From Candidatus Poribacteria bacterium (lineage in GTDB: Bacteria; Poribacteria; WGA-4E; WGA-3G), in assembly GCA_963663765.2 (NCBI GenBank), contig CAXXUA010000002.1, positions 192,001 to 256,000 on the forward strand: DNA of 64,000 nucleotides. Direction: 5' to 3'. Numbering within the stretch: the first letter of the stretch is position 1; each line of letters opens with the position of its first letter. Below, one piece after another: positions 8,980-22,000 of the stretch. The position numbers and the translations under genes are program-made. Under the pieces are notes generated by a model. It made no database searches and had not been told where the DNA came from. It worked only from the letters and a program-made list of their open reading frames with translations.

Positions 8980-10581
8980 ATGACAACAGAAACAGATACC
9001 GTTCTTGAACTTAAGAATGTTACGAAGACATTTGGCAACCTTGCAGCTGTTGATAGCGTTAATTTTGATCTGAAAGCAGGTGAAATCCACGCAATTTTAG
9101 GTGAAAACGGCGCGGGTAAATCCACGCTTATGAATCTAATCTATGGACTCTACCAACCATCAGATGGAAACATATATATTTCAGGGAAAATCAAACAACT
9201 AAAATCCCCACGTGATGCAATTGCTAATGGTATAGGTATGGTACATCAACACTTTATGCTCATTGAGAACCTAACCGTAGCTGAAAATATAGTACTTAGT
9301 ACTTCACAATTCAGTTCATCGGATATCTTACCAAAACTTGATGCATCCATCACAGATTCTAAATCAAATGAATACCACAAACCAATTAAACTCAGCAAAT
9401 TTCGCTATAAGAAAAACGAAGCTGTGAATTTGACCGAAGCACACTCCAATAGATTCGGTTTGTCAGTAGATCCAAATGCACTTGTGCGAACTTTGTCTGT
9501 AGGCGCAAAGCAACGCGTGGAAATACTAAAAGCACTTGCAGTAGATGCACAAATACTGATTCTTGATGAACCAACAGCAGTCTTGAGTCCCAACGAGGTA
9601 GACGATTTCTTTCAAATATTGCGCGCACTACAGAACGATGGTAGATCCATTATATTTATTACTCACAAAATGGATGAAGTATTAGAAATTAGTGATAGAA
9701 TCACAGTTTTGAGTCGTGGAAAGAAAGTATATAACGGCAGGACAGGTGAACTCACCGCACAACAACTCGCAAGAGAGATGCTCGGTGAGGAAATTCCACA
9801 AGTTAAACGTGAGCAGAACGAAGCATCTAATGATTTAGTACTAAGTATTTCTAACCTGACTGTAAAAGGTATACGTAAAGAAATTGCAGTAGCGGATGTA
9901 TCCTTAAATACATATCGAGGTGAAATCGTTGGTATAGCAGGTGTTGATGGAAACGGTCAACGTGAATTAGCAGAATCAATTATGGGTTTACTTCCAATAA
10001 CTTCCGGCACAATAGATATATTAGGTAACCAACCAAAAGGCACAAATAACATTCGTCATTGTAGTGTCGGTTTTATCCCTGAAGATAGACGTACAATGGG
10101 CATCATAAATACCTTTACTGTTGCAGAAAATCTAATGCTGAATAAACCCTATTTAGATAATGTATCAAAATGGGGTGTAATTGACCAGAAAACAAAAACA
10201 GAAGTTGTGACAAAATTGATTGATACTTATGATATTCGTCCACCTTCATCTGAAATACCCGCCTCTTCACTATCAGGTGGAAATCAACAAAAAGTAGTTG
10301 TTGCCAGAGAACTTTCTCCACAACCTGACCTGCTAATTGCAGTAAATCCTACACGAGGATTAGATATAAATGCCGCACAGTTTGTACATCAAAATTTGCT
10401 TAAACAGAGAAATAGAAAAAAATCTGTACTTATAATATCAACTGAGTTAGACGAAGTTTTACTAATGAGTGATAGACTGTTTGTCATGTCAAGGGGTAAA
10501 CTTATAAATGCAACAAAACTACGTGACAATATAGAAGCATTGGGATTATTGATGACCGGAGAGACATTTCATGATGAATAA
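8980..10581 (+). CDS. Nucleoside/sugar (CUT2-type) ABC transporter ATP-binding protein, two ABC domains
   Basis: GENGAGKST, GIGMVHQHFML, LSGGNQQKVV, PTRGLD. Confidence 0.92.
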   Translation: MTTETDTVLELKNVTKTFGNLAAVDSVNFDLKAGEIHAILGENGAGKSTLMNLIYGLYQPSDGNIYISGKIKQLKSPRDAIANGIGMVHQHFMLIENLTVAENIVLSTSQFSSSDILPKLDASITDSKSNEYHKPIKLSKFRYKKNEAVNLTEAHSNRFGLSVDPNALVRTLSVGAKQRVEILKALAVDAQILILDEPTAVLSPNEVDDFFQILRALQNDGRSIIFITHKMDEVLEISDRITVLSRGKKVYNGRTGELTAQQLAREMLGEEIPQVKREQNEASNDLVLSISNLTVKGIRKEIAVADVSLNTYRGEIVGIAGVDGNGQRELAESIMGLLPITSGTIDILGNQPKGTNNIRHCSVGFIPEDRRTMGIINTFTVAENLMLNKPYLDNVSKWGVIDQKTKTEVVTKLIDTYDIRPPSSEIPASSLSGGNQQKVVVARELSPQPDLLIAVNPTRGLDINAAQFVHQNLLKQRNRKKSVLIISTELDEVLLMSDRLFVMSRGKLINATKLRDNIEALGLLMTGETFHDE

Positions 10582-11680
10582 TCTAATCGGATTAATTCGT
10601 GCAATAAAATTCCAATGTGTCAGTTCACTGGAAAACTATCCACGTTTTACCCAAATAGTGGTAATTCCACTGATAATATTAGGTTGTGCTTCACTTACAA
10701 ATGCAATCATTTTACTACTTTGTGGTTATAATCCTGTGACAGCTTATACCGCTGCTGCAGGATATTCGTTGTGTTCAATTCGTGGCTTAAGTGAAACACT
10801 TGTTAAAACCACACCTTTTCTAATGACAGGGCTATCGGTTGGTATTGCATTTCGGTGTGGGATTTGGAACATAGGAGCAGAAGGACAGTTTCTAATTGGG
10901 GCATTAACAGCAACTTGGTTCGGAACGAGAATAGCATACATGATCCCTCACACCCCATGGCTTGGTGTACCACTATGTCTTTGCATTGCGGGACTTGCGG
11001 GTGGTGTTTGGGGCGTAATTCCCGCTATTCTAAAAGTCACACGTGGAGTCAACGAAGTGATCAGCACCATCATGCTAAACTATGTTGCAATTCATCTTGT
11101 GGGACTGATGATAGAAGGTGGACCACTTCAAGAATCTTCTAAAATCGGTTCGCAAAGTGATTCAATAGTTAAATGGGTCTCCTTACCACGTTTTATTGAA
11201 GGTAATAGACTCCATCCTGGGATTGTTATTTCTATTATCTTAGCAATAGTCTTAACATTCGTCCTTTTTCGCACTACATTTGGGTATCAACTACGCGCGG
11301 TTGGTGAAGGGGCTGATGCAGCAAAAGCTGCTGGTATTTCTGTTATGCAAAACACAATTCGCGTTTTCTTTATTAGTGGCGCACTTGCAGGACTTGGTGG
11401 AGCGATTGAACTAACGGCACTTGCAGATGAACTCACAAAAAGTTTCTCACCAGGATATGGTTATACAGCTATAGCCGTTGCACTTATGGCAAAATTACAT
11501 CCGCTTGGTACAATTGCAACTGCACTCCTCTTTGGCGCACTCTCTGTTGGTTCATTTGCTATGGAAGGAGAAATCGGTATATCTGGTAAGATAACATGGA
11601 TGATGCAGGCAATAATCCTACTTTATGTTATAGGTTATAGTTCAGCAAGACTTTTTAATAAACAACCATCAAAACAATAA
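10571..11680 (+). CDS. Nucleoside ABC transporter permease
   Basis: WNIGAEGQF, NEVISTIMLNY, GYGYTAIAVAL. Confidence 0.88.
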   Translation: MMNNLIGLIRAIKFQCVSSLENYPRFTQIVVIPLIILGCASLTNAIILLLCGYNPVTAYTAAAGYSLCSIRGLSETLVKTTPFLMTGLSVGIAFRCGIWNIGAEGQFLIGALTATWFGTRIAYMIPHTPWLGVPLCLCIAGLAGGVWGVIPAILKVTRGVNEVISTIMLNYVAIHLVGLMIEGGPLQESSKIGSQSDSIVKWVSLPRFIEGNRLHPGIVISIILAIVLTFVLFRTTFGYQLRAVGEGADAAKAAGISVMQNTIRVFFISGALAGLGGAIELTALADELTKSFSPGYGYTAIAVALMAKLHPLGTIATALLFGALSVGSFAMEGEIGISGKITWMMQAIILLYVIGYSSARLFNKQPSKQ

Positions 11681-11724
11681 TAGTTGACGGATTATGGGGA
11701 ACTACAACATATTTGAATTCTATA

Positions 11725-11846
11725 CAGGACTTACGCAGTTTTCATGATTTGATGAAGAATTATGACGAAAATGGTGTAATTTTCAGGATTTTTTCGGTTT
11801 CCAGCGCGCTTACAAAGCACGCCTACCGTTGGGTGCGTAAGTCCTG
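11725..11846. mobile_element. 122-bp CAGGACTTACGCA MITE with 5-bp target duplication
   Basis: TIR caggacttacgca / tgcgtaagtcctg; ctata at 11720-11724 and 11847-11851; lies inside the ABC operon. Confidence 0.88.
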
Positions 11847-11962
11847 CTATATAGTTATCTGGCATGTTGCAAATCCAAAAATTTAGAAACATAGTATCTA
11901 TCCCAACAGTAGAATTACTTTATAACAACAAATATACGCGATAATTGGAGAAAAAAACAAGG

Positions 11963-12892
11963 ATGTTAGAAGACGTACTTGCTGCAACCATTCGTGGCGC
12001 GACACCCCTACTGCTGGCAGCATTAGGAGAATTGATATCTCAACGGGCAGGTGTTATTAACATCGGTATTGAAGGTATGATGCTAATTGGAGCTCTATCT
12101 GGTATGATAGGTTCCTACTATACAGCAGGAATACCAATGTTTGCTCCTTGGATCGGACTTATTGTGGCAGGTGTGAGTGGACTTCTTACAGCTATCATTT
12201 TCGTCTTCTTCGCAATAAAACTTAGAAGTGACCAGATTGTAATCGGTACTGCGCTCACACTATTCGCATTAGGTTTAACAGAAGTCGTTTTTCAACGATT
12301 TTCACAAATAGTAGGAAGTCAACAGAAAGTCACAGCTTTTCAAGACATTCATTTGCCTATTTTATCAGAAATTCCAATATTAGGTGATATTCTTTTTTCA
12401 CATAATATTATTGTATATCTCACTTTTCTCCTTGTCCCTTGTGTATACTTCTTTCTTTACCACACACAACTCGGTTTAAGAGTACGTGCTTGTGGTGAAC
12501 ACCCAAAAGCTATCTCAACTGTTGGTTCTAACGTCATACGAATTAGGACAATGTGTCTAATGTTTGCTGGCGCAATGGCTGGGATAGGGGGAGGCTATCT
12601 TTCACTTGCTGAAATACCTTATTTCACATCTGAAATGACAGATGGACGTGGTTTTGTTGCTTTAGCTATAGTAATTTTTGGCAAATGGCACCCACTAAAG
12701 ACGTGTGCTGCAGCATTGTTATTTGGTTTCGGATTTGCCTTGGACTTTCGTTTTCAAGCGTCAGGATGGGGTATACAACATCATTGGTTTTTGATGTTTC
12801 CATTCTTACTATGTTTAGCAGTATTGGCAGGTTTTGTCGGACGCGCAGATGCACCGCAGGCTCTTGGTAAACCTTATGATCCGCAAGCATAA
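11963..12892 (+). CDS. Nucleoside ABC transporter permease (second)
   Basis: LGELISQRAGVINIGIEG, RACGEHP, GRGFVALAIVIFGKW; ATG 11963 preferred over TTG 11945. Confidence 0.88.
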   Translation: MLEDVLAATIRGATPLLLAALGELISQRAGVINIGIEGMMLIGALSGMIGSYYTAGIPMFAPWIGLIVAGVSGLLTAIIFVFFAIKLRSDQIVIGTALTLFALGLTEVVFQRFSQIVGSQQKVTAFQDIHLPILSEIPILGDILFSHNIIVYLTFLLVPCVYFFLYHTQLGLRVRACGEHPKAISTVGSNVIRIRTMCLMFAGAMAGIGGGYLSLAEIPYFTSEMTDGRGFVALAIVIFGKWHPLKTCAAALLFGFGFALDFRFQASGWGIQHHWFLMFPFLLCLAVLAGFVGRADAPQALGKPYDPQA

Positions 12893-12902
12893 TTCTAACG
12901 CA

Positions 12903-15900
12903 TTAAAATGTGTTACCAATCCGAAAATAGACCGAATTAGTTAACACATCAGGAACTGAAACGAGTGGGACCGCATATTCAATACCACCAATGATAGGAC
13001 CAATATTGAGACGTAACCCCACACCGACCGAAGAGGGTAACCATTTGTATTCAATATCTTCTAATGAACCCCAAACGTTACCAGTATCAAAAAATAGAAC
13101 ACCATGAAAAGGATTGAAAATTGGAAATCGTAATTCTGTGTTGAAAATAAACTGTACATTACCCCTATGCTTACCAGTAATATCTTCAGGACCGAGTCCT
13201 CTTTCCTCATATCCGCGAACAGTTGTACTACCTCCAGCCCAGAATCGTTCGAAGGATATTAGTTCTGTATCACTATTAGGATTGTCCTGAAGACCAGGTG
13301 TGTAACCAATACGAAAAGCGGGTGTAAATACAAGTCCACGTAAAAACAACTGTCTGTAATACCGAGAATCAGCAGTAATTTTTATGAAATTACTTTCACC
13401 ACCTAAGAACTTACCAGCATATTCTACAGTATATTCATTATACATACCTGATGTTGGATTCAAAGCAGGTAACCGACTATCTTGCCGCCATAAGAAGAGA
13501 AGACTGCTAACTGTCGTATCGGAGGATTCTACGGAAATATCTTTTAAGGAACGATAACTATATTCTAAGTTTAAACGGTGGGTCGTAGATAACTTTCTAC
13601 TCAGACTAAAACTACCTTGTAATGCTCTTACTTCATCATCTTCTTCTAATTTTCTTCCCAAAAATTGAAGACTACCGCTCGTTCTACCTATCAACCAAGG
13701 TTCAGTTAATGTTGTGCTATATAAATATCCACGTGTACCCCATCTTCCGCGCATTCCTAATCTTATATTTCTCCTGAAAAGGTTAAGATGATTCATCGTG
13801 ACTGTACCCCGCAAGCCATCTGCTGAGCTGAAGCCTCCACCAGCACCGAAGTATCTCGGCTTACTTTTTTGAATTGCAATTTCAACATCTCTGACATTAG
13901 GTTCAGACAACATCAAATTTGAACCATTCGTCGAATTAGTAAAACTTGATTGATTTTCAATGGATGCAGACTCATTAGCCTCAACCCGGATACCTGGTTC
14001 AAAAATGCCTGTACCATATAAATTCTGTATTGCTTGACTTAACTTCTCAGGTTTAAATATTTCACCTTGTAAATGTGCAACTTCACGGGTCAGTACTTTT
14101 TGAATTACACCAGTGTCACCAACGAAACTGAATGAACCAAAACTTATCTGTTCACCCTCAGAGATTTCAAAAAGCAAAATACCATGCTCATACACAGAAA
14201 GATGTTCTCTATCCTGATTAAGGGTATACCTTGCATTTCCATTGGCATCCTGAATTGTCCACTCATCTCCTATTTTTGTGGCAACATACATGCCAGTAAG
14301 TGTTAGTTCATGTTTATTAAACAGTTTCTTTAATTCTTGTGGAAGCATACCAGAATCCAATGTTGTTGTAAAATCACCTTTTAACTGAAATGTAGGTGTT
14401 TCCAACTTATCTAGGAATTTTGGATTCTCTATAACTATATCAATGTAACCAAGATCATGATATTCTTTTATAATTGCATTTTCATATCTTTTCTGTTCAA
14501 GTCGCGCATTTGGCACGGGAGGTGCATCCGGTAATGCAGCAGTTAAACTGGCAGTATCTATGACACTGTTTCCAATGAAATGACACCTATATATTACCTC
14601 TTTGTAAGGTTCTACGAAAGTAAGTTTAATCGAAACTTCACCTATATTTTTAGACTTCGTATTCTGTTTGCCTAATTCTTGTTTTACATCTAACTTTGGG
14701 TACCCCGCTTTTTCATAAAGAATTCTCAGACGCTTCTTATCAGTCTCCAGTGTCTGTTCGGAAAAAAAGCGTTTATTAAAATGTCGTGATAAAAAACTGA
14801 TCGGTCGGGAATCCATCTCACGGAGTAATTCATGATCAGCAAATGCATCATTACCTTCAAATTCAACTTTTTTCACGAGGTAACGTTTACCCAATTTGAT
14901 AGTAAATTTGACATGTAGTGGAGAATTTGTAATTTTTTCTAATTTTACTGTTGTTCCTTCGTAACCCCTAATATTAAAATGCGATTCAACAATCTGTATC
15001 CATTGTGATTGATCACTAATTGAAGAAGTAATATCACTCATAAGCTGATCTTTTTCTGATTCTTGTCTGTTATTGCGCAATTTTTTCCATATATTACGTA
15101 AAATGGATTCTTTAAATATAGGTTTGCCATTTTCATCTACAAAGTCAAGTAATAGTTGTGTTCCTTCGGTAATGCTAAACGTCACCACTCCTGATTTAAA
15201 GGTATAGTCTATTATTGTATTATGATAATACTTTTTTCTATATAAATCGCGAATTAATCTAAGATCTTCATCTATTACGGATTTTTGATAGATACCTCCA
15301 ACGCGTGTATGACATTTTTCTTTAATGTTCTCTGTGAAAATAGCCTTATTTCCCAGGATTCTAATTTCAGATACATAAGTGGGTTCACCTAAATCAATTT
15401 GATATGTTAATCTGCCACTTGAAGAAACTAAATTTATGTTTACTTCTGCTGAAAAATATCCGTTCTCTGCACAAACTTGCTTTATTGAATCTATATCATT
15501 ATGTGCAATTATTTGCACATACATATCACCGGGTTTTAATCGTAGTGAAGAATCAATATTACGCTCGAGTTCGTCAGAACGTACACCGATTATCGTAATA
15601 CTTTGGATACGAATCACATTAGTTAAATCAAATTTTAGTGAAACACCATCTGGTGTTTCTATGTGATAGACATAAACTTGATAGAACTGTTGTGAAGCAT
15701 ACAGTGATTTTACACTTTGTTGAATTTTATAACGCGAATATTGTGATCCGTTCTCTATATAGATCATTTCATTCAGACGTTCTAATACCTCACTATCAGA
15801 CACAAGATTTGTATCTATGTAGAATTCAATTTTAGTAATTTTCTTTTGTTGTATTGTATCAGTTGAGGTATCAAGGGATTGCATCGAAACATTGTTTTCT

Positions 15901-16022
15901 CCATAGACTGGTTTAAATACGAGAAAACAGAACAGTAACAATAAAAGTTTACGAAAGTTACACACTATATTTGAACAAACATGGGGGGATTTTGTGAAGT
16001 GATTGTAATCCAGATGATACAT
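12903..16022 (-). CDS. Omp85 family outer-membrane protein (BamA/TamA-like) with multiple POTRA domains
   Basis: Repeated POTRA-like units, barrel motif FWAGGSTTVRGY, ELRFPI, FFDTGNVW, C-terminal Phe; adjacent to tamB-like gene. Confidence 0.85.
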   Translation of the reverse strand: MYHLDYNHFTKSPHVCSNIVCNFRKLLLLLFCFLVFKPVYGENNVSMQSLDTSTDTIQQKKITKIEFYIDTNLVSDSEVLERLNEMIYIENGSQYSRYKIQQSVKSLYASQQFYQVYVYHIETPDGVSLKFDLTNVIRIQSITIIGVRSDELERNIDSSLRLKPGDMYVQIIAHNDIDSIKQVCAENGYFSAEVNINLVSSSGRLTYQIDLGEPTYVSEIRILGNKAIFTENIKEKCHTRVGGIYQKSVIDEDLRLIRDLYRKKYYHNTIIDYTFKSGVVTFSITEGTQLLLDFVDENGKPIFKESILRNIWKKLRNNRQESEKDQLMSDITSSISDQSQWIQIVESHFNIRGYEGTTVKLEKITNSPLHVKFTIKLGKRYLVKKVEFEGNDAFADHELLREMDSRPISFLSRHFNKRFFSEQTLETDKKRLRILYEKAGYPKLDVKQELGKQNTKSKNIGEVSIKLTFVEPYKEVIYRCHFIGNSVIDTASLTAALPDAPPVPNARLEQKRYENAIIKEYHDLGYIDIVIENPKFLDKLETPTFQLKGDFTTTLDSGMLPQELKKLFNKHELTLTGMYVATKIGDEWTIQDANGNARYTLNQDREHLSVYEHGILLFEISEGEQISFGSFSFVGDTGVIQKVLTREVAHLQGEIFKPEKLSQAIQNLYGTGIFEPGIRVEANESASIENQSSFTNSTNGSNLMLSEPNVRDVEIAIQKSKPRYFGAGGGFSSADGLRGTVTMNHLNLFRRNIRLGMRGRWGTRGYLYSTTLTEPWLIGRTSGSLQFLGRKLEEDDEVRALQGSFSLSRKLSTTHRLNLEYSYRSLKDISVESSDTTVSSLLFLWRQDSRLPALNPTSGMYNEYTVEYAGKFLGGESNFIKITADSRYYRQLFLRGLVFTPAFRIGYTPGLQDNPNSDTELISFERFWAGGSTTVRGYEERGLGPEDITGKHRGNVQFIFNTELRFPIFNPFHGVLFFDTGNVWGSLEDIEYKWLPSSVGVGLRLNIGPIIGGIEYAVPLVSVPDVLTNSVYFRIGNTF

Positions 16023-16024
16023 GA

Positions 16025-19000
16025 TTAAAACCGTCTATCCAACAGTTGAACATCAACACCGTACTCTCCGTTTACATCACGTTCCAATCTGATAGGAAAC
16101 CTTCTACCGAATAATGTAAATGGATATTCAGCGAATATATGACGTTCATCGTTGTTTAAACCTTTGGTGATTGTGAAGGTAAACCCACCTAACGAAAGTG
16201 ATAGGTTATTTCCTGGTAAAAGAAGAGCAAGAACGTCAGCATCTGTAAAGACTTCTGTTGTTGAAGAATTGATCGGTTCTGCCTGCAAACTGAGTTTTGC
16301 ATTATCAATATCTCCATTTTCAAGGATACCTGTGATTGATGCAGTAACCCTTAAATCTGCAGTGCTACCATCACTTAGTAATACACCAGGAATTGGGTTA
16401 GGTATTTTAAGAAAAATCTGTAGTTCTGGACTGAAGACCGTTGTACTATTGTTTCTAATTGTAGAATTCTCAACAATCTCAAATGTTGTTGTCAAGAAAG
16501 CAATTTTTCCACCAAGTAGCGAGACCGTACCGGTAAAAAGAGGTTCCTGGATAGGACCTGTGATTTGTCCACTGCAAGCGATTTCAATTTCTGTGTTTCC
16601 GGCAGTTGAAGAAAGTAAACGAAAGTTATTTGGTATATCAATTCCGATATTTAGATCAAGTCCACGTAGAATTGGTGCATAAGAAAGTATGTCAACTTCA
16701 CTAACTGTTCCCGATGAGAATGCACTTAGGATATCTTCCCAATCCCAATCTTGTTGGTAGTAGCCTGATTTAATATTTAAATTGCCTTCCAGAATGAGAT
16801 CGTCAACATTTCCATATAATTTTAACACATCTGAATCTAAATTGAATTGATATGCTCTGGGTTCGGCGAAAGTACAGTTGGTTAGTTCAGTTTCAAATCT
16901 GATATCGTTAATATTGAACCATTCTATGTTTATTTCTCCTTTAGTGGAAATGTTTCCATCATTCAACTGACCTTCAAAAGTAGTGAGTTCGATCTTGGAT
17001 TCAGTGAATTTAAACTGCGCGTTTGCATCTTCCAAAGAAATTGGCGAACCAACAATTTTAATCGCGACATCATCAAAAGTTCCTGTTCCGTTGAGTCGTG
17101 GTGTATCTGGTGTACCACTGATTGTTGCGTTGACAATTCCTTTACCATACGAAGTTTGAAAAAGAGGAGCAATAGGTTTTAAAATGCTGAGATCATTTAA
17201 CAGTAAGTCAAGTGTTACTGCTAACTCGTCATCTATTAACATCGCTTGAAGCTCAGTCAAGGACAATAAAAAGGGAACCTGACCAGAACAGGACAACTGA
17301 TTGCTACCAATTCTCATAATTGGTTTGTCTCCTGAGATATTCCACATCTTACCATTGATGTCATAATGAAGCTGAACTGAGAATTCATCAATAGACGCAT
17401 CATTGATTCCCAGTTCATTTCCAACAATATTTATTGACACCTCAGGTTTTTCATAAGTGCCAATTATATCTATGGAAGTAGTTAACCATCCAAGTTTGTT
17501 GTATGTTTCACGATATGCTGGTGGTAACCAAGGATTTATAGAAGATAAAGAGAAATTATCCAATTTCAAATTAGCAATCATTTCACCGTGCATATTCCAT
17601 CTGGCAAAACATGTGAATAATAAAGGTGCTTGTGTTTCATCATCAGGATTTGGAATGGTGTTTTTTAGTTTCAATGCTTTAATTTGAAAATTACCATTAA
17701 TCAGGGAAATCGGGATCAATTCTTGGTTTTGAAACAATAAATCGGTATCCATTGCGAAAAACCCAACCTTGATGTCCTCTATATTTAATTCTACTTCAGC
17801 CTTTTGAGTAAGTCGATCAAAGGTTATAACTTGAAGAGCCTTTGGAATTGGACTGTCCTCTCCATTCTCAAAAAAGGATTGAAGGGGTATACTTAGCTTT
17901 TTGAGTGAAGCGGTGACGCTACCTGTAACATCATTTAGAAAACCACTTGGAATTATATTTCTAAGCGTTGAACCCAATGGATAATTTCTCAATGAACATT
18001 CATAGATCTCAATGCTTTGCGGAGTTAATCCATCAAGAACCAATTTGTTTAGATCTTTTTGCTGTTCAAGTACCACTGTTCCATCTTCTATATCCAATTG
18101 TAACTTTGATACCTCAATAATGTCTTGTCGAGCGTTAAGCTGCACTTGGACGTTCCTTAGTGGATGTGGATATTCATGTAATACAAGTTTAGGTGCTTCA
18201 ACAGATATATTTCCTTCTAAATATAGTTTTGGTATTGTCCCTTTCAGTTGTAGGTTGATGTCGGTAACCCCATCCACTTCTGAAAAAACTTTATCAAGTC
18301 CAGGTAAGTATGTTATAGGTAGTTCAGTACCGATTAGTTGAAGTTTTATTGGTGATGTAGTAAAACGATCAATTAAATTAGTATTAATAAGTGATAAATC
18401 AAATGGAATCATACCTATTAGTTTTAAATTATCTCTACTTTTAGATAGTTCTATACTAACCATAATCTGTTTGTTGATATATTCAACATTCCCTTGCCAA
18501 AGTAAAGGTGAATCGCTGTCTTTCTGCAAAAGGGGTTTAATTGTGCCATTCCAGTGCATCGTGATATTTGGATTCATCAGTGTTTGATTAATACGAATAT
18601 CAACATTGGTTGAAGCTCTTGGTGATGAGATTTTCAATGGTAAATGTGAATTGAGTTCGCCTTTATCTAACCTGAACTCAAACGGCATTCTATTCTTAAT
18701 TTGATAGTTGTTTGCTTGTAAATTTATTTCATCAATTTTTGTAGATGTTATTACCTGATTCGGATCTAACTCTTTACCAGACAAAGTTGCAGTGCCACTG
18801 ACCGTCCCTTCTATTAATGGTGGTTTCTGATTGGAAAATGCAACAAAATCACCTATCTCCAATTCTTCAACAGATACTGCTAAATCTAACTCCATTATGT
18901 CATTGCCTTGTGTTGAAAACAGCATGTCACCAATTATATTAATACTGCCTGTTCCTATTTCACCATTTACAATCCAATCTTGTATATGCAACAGTTCTTC

Positions 19001-22000
19001 CTTGAAAGTCAAAACTAAATTCATCTGTTCCAACTCAATCGGTTTTGCAAAAGTACTAAATCGGATGGGATGATTTCTAACAGAATGGGTATTTAGTGTT
19101 AAGATCGGATTGGAAATGTTTCCGGTTAAATCTACTCCAACTACAAGGTTTCCTTCAACTATTTTGGTTTTTTTCATAGAAGGGTGGTTCAATTTCTCAG
19201 CAGGAATAAGGTTTCTAATAATATCTGAATACGCTGCTAAATCCAGATTGTCCCCCTTGATGTTTATGTCAAGATTTGATTCGTTAAAATTATTTTCATT
19301 TACGAATATATTCCCACCGATTTCTAATGGATTGTCTAATACACGTGCAGTGAATGGATTGATATGTATGGTGTTATTTTGATATGTTATTTCACCTCCG
19401 CTACTACTTATTTCAAAGTCTCCAGTGTAGGTCAATAGATTTAAGATTGGTAATTGCCAATTTAGGTTTATTGTTGGATTGCTGATATTACCCATTAAAT
19501 CCAGTTCGTAGTTTGCCTTACCAGTGATAGGGATTTTGAATGCTTCTCCTATCGCATCAAACACATAATCACCGTTGGAATTTGCATTGAAGTTCATAAC
19601 TTCACTCTTAGTATCAAGGGTACCAGTGAAATTTACAAATGCAGATTGATCTCCTTGCAAATTTAGTGAACATTCCGATACTGTCAAGATGTCATCTTCA
19701 AGTTTTATCAGAATGGGTGTCGCATTTGTAATAGGAAGTGAATTGTACTGAAACTGTGTTTTATTGATCTTGATATCAACGGTATATGGGTGAATACGTG
19801 TTCTGGATGGTTCTTCTGGTTGAGGAGCAGTTAAGTCCATTAGTGAACCCTTTATAGCAACAACACTATCTGCTGTACCTGAAACTTTCCCAAGTCTTTG
19901 ATCAAAAATCTTCAGAATCGGTGTAACATCTATTCCCTCAGTATTTAAAGTGAAGTGGTAATTACTCTCTTCAGTAGTATCTATTCTTCCTATTATGTTC
20001 GTTGACTCATTAAATCCTTTGCCAATAAACTTGAAGTAATCGTGTTCACCAATTAGCTGACTCTGTTTTACAAGAGTTGCATCCATATCTACGTCTCCAA
20101 GTAGGACGTTATCATAGATTAAATCAGAAAAGCCAAAATCAACTTTAATATCAAAATCTTCATGCTTTTTTTGTTGTGAACTAAGGTTGATATCCATTTT
20201 TCCATCAAGTGGAAACTCCGTAATACCCATTGCTAATGCCAGTTTTGCTAATTGAACCGGTTTATCAGTCCTGTTATTAATGTTTAATTCAAACTCTCCC
20301 TCATTTGTTACATGAGCATTCATATAGACCTGTTGACCGTTTGTCTTAATCTCAAAATTATTAATAGTTACTGAATAGTCATCAATTTCTAATGGTAGTG
20401 TAACAGTATCTAACTTAATTCCCCAAACTTTTCCACCATCAATTGTAAAGCTCCCTTTCCCATCAAGATTATTAATAAGGTTCCCAAATAGTTTTAACTC
20501 ACCACTCAACATACCTTCAATAGGAAAAGGTTGTTTGAATAATAGTTTGTTATAGTTTTCATCTAAGATAAGAGGATTCGCGACAATACTGATTCTGGTT
20601 GGAAGTTTCTCATCAAATTTGATTTCACCATCAATATCTATACTTGTATTTCTTGTCTGTCCATTATTTGTTAGGTGTGCATTTGCAATATATACCACTC
20701 TATCAGCAAATCGTAAATTTCCTGTTAGCTTTCCAATCGGTATTGGCTCACTTTCATTATGACTGTAAAATGCTTTGGATATTTCTGCATATCCCGTTGC
20801 AGTTCCATCTTTATAGACTTGTGCATCTATCATACCTAAACCAGAAAAGGGAACAGTGTTTGCAATTTTGCACAATTTACCGAAGTCAACATTCCCAAGT
20901 ATCACATTGAGTCTGTCAACAGAACCGCTTATGTCAACGATTGTATTATCTATTGTACCATCAACACGAACGTTTGAAGTGTTGGCATCTTCATAAGTAA
21001 TATTGCAGTCAAGCGATGAGTCTTCTAAAGGAATTGCTTTGTCTTGAACAAGTAACGTTGTACCAGACATTTGCATATTGCTTTCTAATTGAAAAACACT
21101 TGTTGTATTACCTGTAAATGATGCTGTTGCACTAAGTGTTCCAGTATGTATTCGCGGTGATTCTATTGTCAATTGGGGAAATGAAGATAAAAGAGAAGGT
21201 ATTTTGAAATCTGTAATTTCACAATTACCTTCATAGGTTTTTGGTTGTTTGACATAATGTTGTATCTGTTGGATGAGAGTACCTTCAGTTTTATTATCAA
21301 ATGAAATCTTACCATTTCCAGATAATTTTCCACCAGCTAACTCAGCACTGATATTGGTTATAGTAATTTGTGGTACATCAACTAAGTCTATATCTGAGTT
21401 AATGTTCAGTTTTGCGATGTTCAACTGCCCAGATTTTGGTTCTGAATTACCCTCACCAACAGTAGAGAAATGATTGACAGACAGTGCATCAGACTTCAAT
21501 GAAATATTTCCATTGAGTTGCGATTCTATGCCGGACAAAACCAATTCAGCATGACACAAACCTTTGAGTTGTATATCATACCCAAGTAGTTTTTGCACAT
21601 CAGATACATCTATTTCCGCGTCAACAACAGTATTCCAACTTCCCTTCACCAAATTACTCTTGAATTCCCCAACGTCTATAAGCGAGTTCCCAATTTGTAA
21701 CTTAAGTGATTCCGATATTTCAGCGCTTGCGGTTGATATAGCAAACTGCATATCCTTAATCTGTTCAATTGGCAATTCATATCCGTTAATGGTGAGATAA
21801 CCTTGACCTATAGAAAACTTTCCGGTATGCTCCCATTTATCTAACTGACCCGCTAAATTAACCTCAATTCTTGGTAGGTTCAGTTCTAATTTTTGTTCTA
21901 TATCAGTATAGTGAATTGCACCTCCATTTAGTTGAATTTTGGATATCGCAAACGCAAAGGAACTTTGAGATTTACTATCATCTTTATTTATGACTTGTGC